This document shows, piece by piece, positions 58,343 to 64,000 of a stretch of 64,000 nt of DNA (positions are counted from its first letter, which is position 1; every line of letters starts with the position of its first letter). The translations under genes and the position numbers were made by a program. A model generated the notes under the pieces. That model was not told the DNA's origin, did no database searches, and worked only from the letters and a program-made list of their open reading frames with translations. Origin of the DNA: Promethearchaeati archaeon SRVP18_Atabeyarchaeia-1 (GTDB lineage: Archaea > Asgardarchaeota > Atabeyarchaeia > Atabeyarchaeales > Atabeyarchaeaceae); contig CP147779.1 in the NCBI GenBank assembly GCA_037308085.1, forward strand, positions 2,112,001 to 2,176,000, written 5' to 3'.

Positions 58343-59143
58343 TTATATTCCTTCAACGTAATGCTCATCAAGATGCTTCTCGCAGACCGGGCAGTAGTCA
58401 TGAGTGTGCAACCATTCCAGCATGTGTTCCCTGTGTGCTGGACTTCCGCAGTGGGGGCAAAACACCACCTCATCCGCCTTGGAGATAGCAAGATTGCATA
58501 CGATGCACTTCCCAGCAGAACCGGAGGCTGCAGATATACTTGTCAGCGATCCCACTTCCACATATTGCTCCAAGTCTCCAACTGAAGTTCCTCGGCCACG
58601 AGCGAATATCGCCACGAAAACAATCATAATGAATATCATAAAAAAGCCAGGAACAATCAGGAGCGGTGCCAGAAACGAAGAGCCCCCCATAAATGACATC
58701 GGGCCGACGAATAAGAATATGACGATGAACCCGAAGAAGATGCAAAAGAATACTGGTATGAGGAGAGCTGCGCCCGAGGCTCCCCTTCCCGAGGGATGTA
58801 TTTCGCCAGTCTCATCGCAAGCTAGCCTCTTAACGTCAACTGATTCAGGTAGATTGCTGCCTGCTTTCCACACTCTCGCTCTGCCCCAGATGGTGACATT
58901 GTTACCGGGCATGATTCCAATGTTTCGGGTCTGCATATCTATAAGGCAGGTTACGGGTTTCCCTCCGATTCTCACAGTTATGGCCCCGACCTGCGATATC
59001 CAGCTAGATACCGATCCCGCGGTGGAGCCGCCTGCATAGCCCCTTACGTGTGTTTCAGGGTTCAGGCGAACTTCAGTTACCTCACCGCTAAACTTCACTA
59101 GCTCAGGCCGAGTAGCAGTATTGCTTCTTGAAGCTGGCGGCAT
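58343..59143 (-). CDS. OB-fold-like N-terminal domain + 2 TM + RING-finger protein
   Basis: F.GEV.EV...I.PG..VTIWG pattern; two TM; CIVC-x12-CPHC-x4-HREH-x3-W-x6-CPVC. Confidence 0.85.
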   Translation of the reverse strand: MPPASRSNTATRPELVKFSGEVTEVRLNPETHVRGYAGGSTAGSVSSWISQVGAITVRIGGKPVTCLIDMQTRNIGIMPGNNVTIWGRARVWKAGSNLPESVDVKRLACDETGEIHPSGRGASGAALLIPVFFCIFFGFIVIFLFVGPMSFMGGSSFLAPLLIVPGFFMIFIMIVFVAIFARGRGTSVGDLEQYVEVGSLTSISAASGSAGKCIVCNLAISKADEVVFCPHCGSPAHREHMLEWLHTHDYCPVCEKHLDEHYVEGI

Positions 59144-59441
59144 TACCGATCTCCTCCATCTTCCTTCTTTTTACCCTTGCGATAGTCTCTCTTGATTTGC
59201 CCAACCATAATATATTTTTCGCTCCAAAAGAACCCCGCGTGATGACAGCCCAGGCGGGCGCTCTACTACGCTCCGACCCAACACTCGGTTGAAGCGACCA
59301 CGCGCACGGGAATAACAATACGGCACCAGAAGACCTTTAGGCAGGAATCCCCCAAAATGGGGAAGTGTATGGCAAAGATTTGGCAGAAGTTTTGACCGCA
59401 ATTCGCCTATAACAAAGGGTGAACCCCCTCGAGGTGATAAC

Positions 59442-59981
59442 TTGACAGCCAGAAGCGCTCTAGAGGGATTATTCCTAAGAAAAGGATTCAACGACTTTAA
59501 GTGGATCGACCCGGCGAAGATCATTGTATCCCAATGGGTCAGGATGAAATGCACCTTCGGATGCCCGGAATATGGCAGGAATGCTTCGTGCCCTCCGAAT
59601 ACGCCGTCAGTCCCGGAGTGCGAGAAGTTCTTCAAGGAATACAAGGAGTCAGTGGTCTTCCACTTCCCGAAGAAAGTCGACAAGCCTGAAGACCGCCACG
59701 CATGGACCAAGAAGGTAAGCCTCAGCCTCCTGGAACTCGAGAGAGAGGTTTTCCTCTCGGGCTACCGAAAAGCGTTCCTCCTCGTCATGGATAGCTGTGG
59801 GCTCTGCGAGGAATGTACTGGGAATAGACAGACATGCAAGCAACCGAGGCTCTCGCGCCCTACTCCTGAAGCGCTGGCCGTCGATGTCTTCGCAACAGTC
59901 AGGCAGATAGGGTACCCTATCGAGGTTCTCAGGGACTACTCCGAGACAATGAATCGCTACGCTATCATGCTGATTGAGTAG
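59442..59981 (+). CDS. DUF2284 predicted metal-binding protein
   Basis: WVR.KC.FGC..YG...CPP..P, LE.E.FL.GY, C.LC..C.....C..P...RP..EA...DVF.T. Confidence 0.88.
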   Translation: MTARSALEGLFLRKGFNDFKWIDPAKIIVSQWVRMKCTFGCPEYGRNASCPPNTPSVPECEKFFKEYKESVVFHFPKKVDKPEDRHAWTKKVSLSLLELEREVFLSGYRKAFLLVMDSCGLCEECTGNRQTCKQPRLSRPTPEALAVDVFATVRQIGYPIEVLRDYSETMNRYAIMLIE

Positions 59982-60056
59982 GAGCAGTCACTCAGATACT
60001 GCCAGCGATCTGAAAATGCAGTGGAAAACTAGTAGTTCGCCGCACGCGATTGGGTT

Positions 60057-61163
60057 CTACCCCATGGTCATCTCTTCTACTTGAATGCCTCTCCTCTGGA
60101 GTTCTCGGAGGACCAGTTTGGAAACCTTGTCGTCCATGCCAAGAACCTCAAGTGGTAGGACACCCCTCCGTTGTATCTGCTTCCGGGCTACAAGTAGCGA
60201 CATGATGGCTATTGGATAACCCGTCGTGCGAGACATGGAGGATATCTTGTTCCTATCGTCGTACCTGTCGAGCATGCGATACCTTACAGACTCTGCTTCT
60301 CCTTTTACTTCTACTTCTAGTATTGTGATGTCTCTTTCTCCCTTTTCCAGTGCCAGCGTCGAGGAGATGAAGGCCTCCATGAAGTCTCTTGGTCTTATTC
60401 CAAGGATCTTTGGCTCCTTCGCGAAGAGACCCATGTGAACCATAGTCTTGATTTTCTCCACATGCCCGGGGTACCTGATCGTCTTCTCGTCCATTTCCTT
60501 GAGCTTCAGGGTATCCACCAGAGTTCTGAGGCCATCCGTGTAGAAGCACTCGAGTTTTCCGATGCCCGGGAAGTCGAAGGTTTCAAGACCCGTTAGGGCA
60601 TCGACCTCGACCGTCACTCCGTTCTTCACTATCCGCGCCTTGCGGGTGTACTCATCAACCAGCGCTTCCGCTGAGAAGACAAGTCTGTAGTTCAGAGGGG
60701 GTGTAGGTTTCTCTGGCAGGCCGCCAACCTTTATGTGGGCTTCAGTTGGATTCTTCACCTTGGTCATTCCCAGTCCAACCAGGAAGTTGCTGAATCCAGG
60801 GGCGACCCCACAATCTGGCACGATGATAACCCCTGCGCCTTTTGCCTTCTCGTCGAGAGTCAGGGGATTCTCTTCTCCGAAGGAGACATCAACAAGATCC
60901 ACTCCCGCCCTGATCGCCGTCTCCATCACCCCGAACCCCAAGTTACCCGGAACTGCTGACGCCACAACGTTGTACCCACTCTCCATGACCTTCAACAGCG
61001 TCTTTTGGTCCTTGAAGTCCATCTTCACCACTCGGCAACCTGGGATAGTCTTCGCTTCTCGGTCTCCAACTATCACCTCTGCGCCGCTCCTCGCCAACTC
61101 TCGTGCCAAGACGCCACCTATCATTCCCGCACCAAGCACCAGTATCTTCGGATGTTGGCTCAT
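60057..61163 (-). CDS. Saccharopine dehydrogenase family / lysine 6-dehydrogenase
   Basis: LGAGMIG, D.SF, DCGVAPG.SN, VGGLP..P.PPL.Y, TDGLRTL, KTIRYPGH, SM.RTTG. Confidence 0.9.
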   Translation of the reverse strand: MSQHPKILVLGAGMIGGVLARELARSGAEVIVGDREAKTIPGCRVVKMDFKDQKTLLKVMESGYNVVASAVPGNLGFGVMETAIRAGVDLVDVSFGEENPLTLDEKAKGAGVIIVPDCGVAPGFSNFLVGLGMTKVKNPTEAHIKVGGLPEKPTPPLNYRLVFSAEALVDEYTRKARIVKNGVTVEVDALTGLETFDFPGIGKLECFYTDGLRTLVDTLKLKEMDEKTIRYPGHVEKIKTMVHMGLFAKEPKILGIRPRDFMEAFISSTLALEKGERDITILEVEVKGEAESVRYRMLDRYDDRNKISSMSRTTGYPIAIMSLLVARKQIQRRGVLPLEVLGMDDKVSKLVLRELQRRGIQVEEMTMG

Positions 61164-61231
61164 GAGAAACCACCGTGATACCCTCTTGAATGAATAGCGA
61201 CTTACCCCGAGGGTAATATATTACTTCCTCT

Positions 61232-62523
61232 GGTTCTGTTATCTCTGCGGTTGATAACCGTTTGGGTTAACTTCTCCGCTCTGGCTCACCGCCTTATTTA
61301 GGGGTCGGATCACGGCTACATGTGCGGGGCGATCCAGCCTGAACCGCAGGCTTTCATCTTGGGTTTTGAGCAGGTTTAAGCAGGCGTTTACATGTCGATC
61401 TGTTCCGCACCATCCTAGGGTTTTCGCTTTCGGGTCTTGCATGATGCACCCACACACCGCGCAAATCCTAGAAGTGTTCCACGGACTGACTTTGACGGTT
61501 TGGACTCCCGCCCAGAGAGCCTTGTACTCGATGAAGCCCTGCAGCTTGCGGAAGCTCCACGAGTTCAACCTCCGCTTCAGTTTCCTGGAGTGTTTGCTTA
61601 TCTTCTGAATCCTCCCGTTGAAGCTGTTGACGCCCAAGACCTTCCTGTTAATCGCCCTGCGGATATGTCTAAGATCCTCGAGGATAATGCCTTGCTCCCT
61701 GGCTTTTGCTTGTCTAACTATCGCTGAACTCACCTGGTGCAGGACTGTGTTGACCTTGTTGTTCTGGTTGGTGAACCATCTTCTCTGAATCTTCTTGGCT
61801 ACCCGCTTGTCCTTAGCGTACTTGGCTTGAACCTTTCGTACACGCTCGAAGTATCCGTGCCTCGCCTCTGAAACCCTCTACAGATCGTGGCTTTCAATAG
61901 TTAGCTGTCCATCTTCTTTTGCGCTTGCTCCGTCCAACGAGCGTTCATTCGTGTCGTACGCGATGTAACCCTTTGGTTCGGCGACCTCAGCGGTCTTCGA
62001 GAAAACCAGCGAAACCGTGCAGGCAGCCAAGGACACTGAACCCAACTTGAGCGCGGCATCCGATAGGAACTGCGCAGCCCTCTTATGCAGGGGAACGTAG
62101 AAGTACTCTCTGGGCTTGATCGGTATTCTCAGTTTGCCGTCAACGAATCTGTAGGCCTGGTTTCCCAGTTTGGCCGTGAGTTTCTTGGCCCTCGGCGCTC
62201 TAACAATCCGGCGCCTTCTTTTCGCTTTCCGGTAGTTCTTCAGGATGGCGGTGGCAGCCTCGATGGCTGAGAGGCTTTACCAGGTGTGGAGACCGAAGCC
62301 GCTTAGCTGGTCGTACGTCTCGCTCTGCAGGCTGAGCCTGGAAGTTGCATTCCTCTCCAGGCCGACGCGGATGCAGTGGTTAACCATGGTTCTGAAGGTT
62401 TCAAGGAGGCTGAGAACACCACTTGTAGGCTCGTATGGTACCTGCACCGCTTTAACTGCCTGCATAAAACTAAATAAGCCAAAAATCCCATTTAAACTCA
62501 CCAACCGCAGAGGTAACAGATCC
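61232..62523 (-). mobile_element. 1292-bp tnpB-only element with IS6-like TIRs and 8-bp near-perfect TSD (copy B)
   Basis: Ends GGTTCTGTTATCTCTGCGGTTGATAA (61232-61257) and TCACCAACCGCAGAGGTAACAGATCC (62498-62523); flanks CTTCCTCT (61224-61231) and CTTGCTCT (62524-62531). Confidence 0.9.
61239..62465 (-). pseudogene. tnpB: TnpB RNA-guided nuclease, full length (408 codons) with two in-frame stops
   Basis: RuvC-I IAYDTN, RuvC-II IILEDL, W.F.KL..FIEYKA, V.P.NTS..C..CG, RuvC-III DRHVNA..N; stops at 62277-62279 (TAA) and 61878-61880 (TAG). Confidence 0.92.
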
Positions 62524-62717
62524 CTTGCTCTGAAAAGAACGCTTTCTGAGACAGAGAAAGCTGGACATTCCGCACATATAGGCACGGACGCAATACGGAC
62601 TGCGATAGCGAAGGAAGAGTTGACGGATCCTTCTTGTTCACCTCGTTTCCTAGCCCCGCATTTGGATTGATTAATACGCACCTGAGGCGAGCCTCAAGCC
62701 AAGTTGGACCCCAGTAC

Positions 62718-63248
62718 TCATTTCGATCGCAGGGTGTGTCTATATGCCTTCCAAGTCCCTCTCGAAGGTACAGAATCATACCACATATTCCAATAGTCGT
62801 CTAGGTAGGGTCGCACCGCCCCGTAGAGCATATCTGTGCCAATCTTGATGCGCTTTTCGCTCCTCCACCACTTGATGCCAAGCTTGTCGAGGACTGAGTG
62901 AAGCGTCTCGTGCAACTCTATCTCAAGTAGCCGGCGGATGAAGTTGCTCTTCGGCGAGTTCTTCGTGTATATGCTTTCAATGTAGATTGTGACCTTCTCA
63001 TAGCTAGCCACCCCGAGTGTCCTCTTGCAGTTCCGCAGGGAGAAGTCGTACTTCGTCTCGGCGTCCACTTTCTCCGGTCTATTGCGCCACATCATCTCCT
63101 GTTTACGGTAACACTGGTCGGAGCGAATGTATCCTCTGCGCATTGCCTCTTGTCTTCTCGGGCAGGAGCGAGCGGAGCCATACTGGCAACCAATGCAGAC
63201 ACTTGGATCCTCAGGTTCGATGAGTACCATGTCTGTCGCGACCAACAA
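62718..63248 (-). CDS. Hypothetical protein with Cys cluster and HExxH motif
   Basis: CxxC...C...C at the N-terminus; ELHETLH followed by a downstream Glu (zincin-like). Confidence 0.55.
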   Translation of the reverse strand: MLVATDMVLIEPEDPSVCIGCQYGSARSCPRRQEAMRRGYIRSDQCYRKQEMMWRNRPEKVDAETKYDFSLRNCKRTLGVASYEKVTIYIESIYTKNSPKSNFIRRLLEIELHETLHSVLDKLGIKWWRSEKRIKIGTDMLYGAVRPYLDDYWNMWYDSVPSRGTWKAYRHTLRSK

Positions 63249-63387
63249 TCGGATAGGTACAATGATGATTCGATGAGAAATTTCTGTGCCGCACTTCCCC
63301 TCTGTATTTCATCTTATGTAATAAAACTCTTGTGGCTCCGCGCCGCCGTCGAGCATCCTAATGCGGGACTCCAAGATTCAGGTGCTG

Positions 63388-64000
63388 CTAAGTATTCTTT
63401 TTCGATGCAGTTCGGGTATTGGCTGAGTGCATCTCGCTCAGTTCAAAGATCATGTCGGCGTATTCCTGAATGAGCCGGCTTCTGTAGATTCTCTGTAACC
63501 ATTTCCTGGGTATATCTTCCAAGCCGTAGAATGCACCCGCTAGTTGCCCGTATACGGCGCCAGTCGTGTCCGCGTCGTCACCGAGGTTCACAGCAAGTAG
63601 GCAACCCTCTTGGAAGGAACTGCTCTTGTGGAAAGCCCAGAGTGCCGCCTCAAGAGACTCGACTACGTACCCACTGCCCTTGATCTCTGGTGGCTCCTTT
63701 CGCTTGAAGCTTCCTCTGGCAACAGCGCTTATCCTTGGACAGAGCTCGTTCCTCTCCCAGTAGCGGGGCGATGGGGAGTAGCATGCTGAAAGTAGTGCCT
63801 CCTTCTGGACGCCACTCGCTGCGCCACAGATGAGTCCTCCGAAATACCTGCAGGCATCGATAGCTTCCCTCACCTGGTGGGTCGTTCGTGAGCTTTCGCC
63901 AGACTTCTCGATTGCTTCAACGGGGTCTTGCGCGTAAAAGAGGGGGACGGGTGCGAGTCGCATGAGGGAGCCATTGCCCGCGCTTTGCTCATCGTCTGGT
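63388..64000 (-). CDS. ADP-ribosylglycohydrolase (ARH/DraG family), 5'-partial
   Basis: [43 protein letters not shown]; the frame runs off the window end. Confidence 0.95.
   Translation of the reverse strand, partial: PDDEQSAGNGSLMRLAPVPLFYAQDPVEAIEKSGESSRTTHQVREAIDACRYFGGLICGAASGVQKEALLSACYSPSPRYWERNELCPRISAVARGSFKRKEPPEIKGSGYVVESLEAALWAFHKSSSFQEGCLLAVNLGDDADTTGAVYGQLAGAFYGLEDIPRKWLQRIYRSRLIQEYADMIFELSEMHSANTRTASKKNT

Noticed and set aside
58404-59039. Long antisense ORFs (e.g. 58404..59039, 6478..7140, 45911..46465, 59171..59710)
   Set aside because: These are shadow frames opposite well-supported genes and have no motifs of their own.
59235-59310. C/D box sRNA (GTGATGA...)
   Set aside because: A box C-like motif is present but there is no convincing CTGA box D or D'/C' pair at the expected spacing.
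23115-62523. Composite transposon formed by the two tnpB elements
   Set aside because: Copy B has its own TSD, the outer flanks (GACTAACT vs CTTGCTCT) do not match, and the intervening DNA includes ordinary housekeeping genes.
1-64000. CRISPR array, tRNA or rRNA genes
   Set aside because: I saw no regularly spaced short repeats, no cloverleaf with a T-loop GTTCRA in context, and no rRNA-like tract. This was a scan by eye only.

Overview
This 64 kb window (roughly 50% GC) is archaeal and very likely from an Asgard archaeon, given a Rab-like small GTPase, a longin-like protein, a roadblock/LC7 protein and five RING-finger paralogues. Most of it is a patchwork of metabolic and transport genes: GH38 mannosidase, penicillin-acylase family, ComDE, MgtA, RibA, a GlnA-family ligase, pirin and others. 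I found no rRNA, tRNA or CRISPR array. Four things stand out. (1) Two copies of a tnpB-only element (23115-23847 and 61232-62523) are bounded not by IS200/IS605 hairpins but by IS6-like terminal inverted repeats, and one copy has an 8-bp near-perfect target duplication. (2) A tightly packed Zn-ribbon / longin / tandem 7TM+1+7TM membrane protein / Rab-like GTPase operon lies at 1087-3857. (3) An expanded family of modular, partly membrane-anchored zinc-ribbon + C4H2C2 RING proteins spans 42-59 kb. (4) Three degenerate ~220-bp direct repeats with a conserved 15-bp/36-nt/15-bp inverted repeat delimit cassettes that each carry a secreted clan-CD (caspase-fold) peptidase (34-41 kb). All calls come from motif recognition by eye; no database searches were run.
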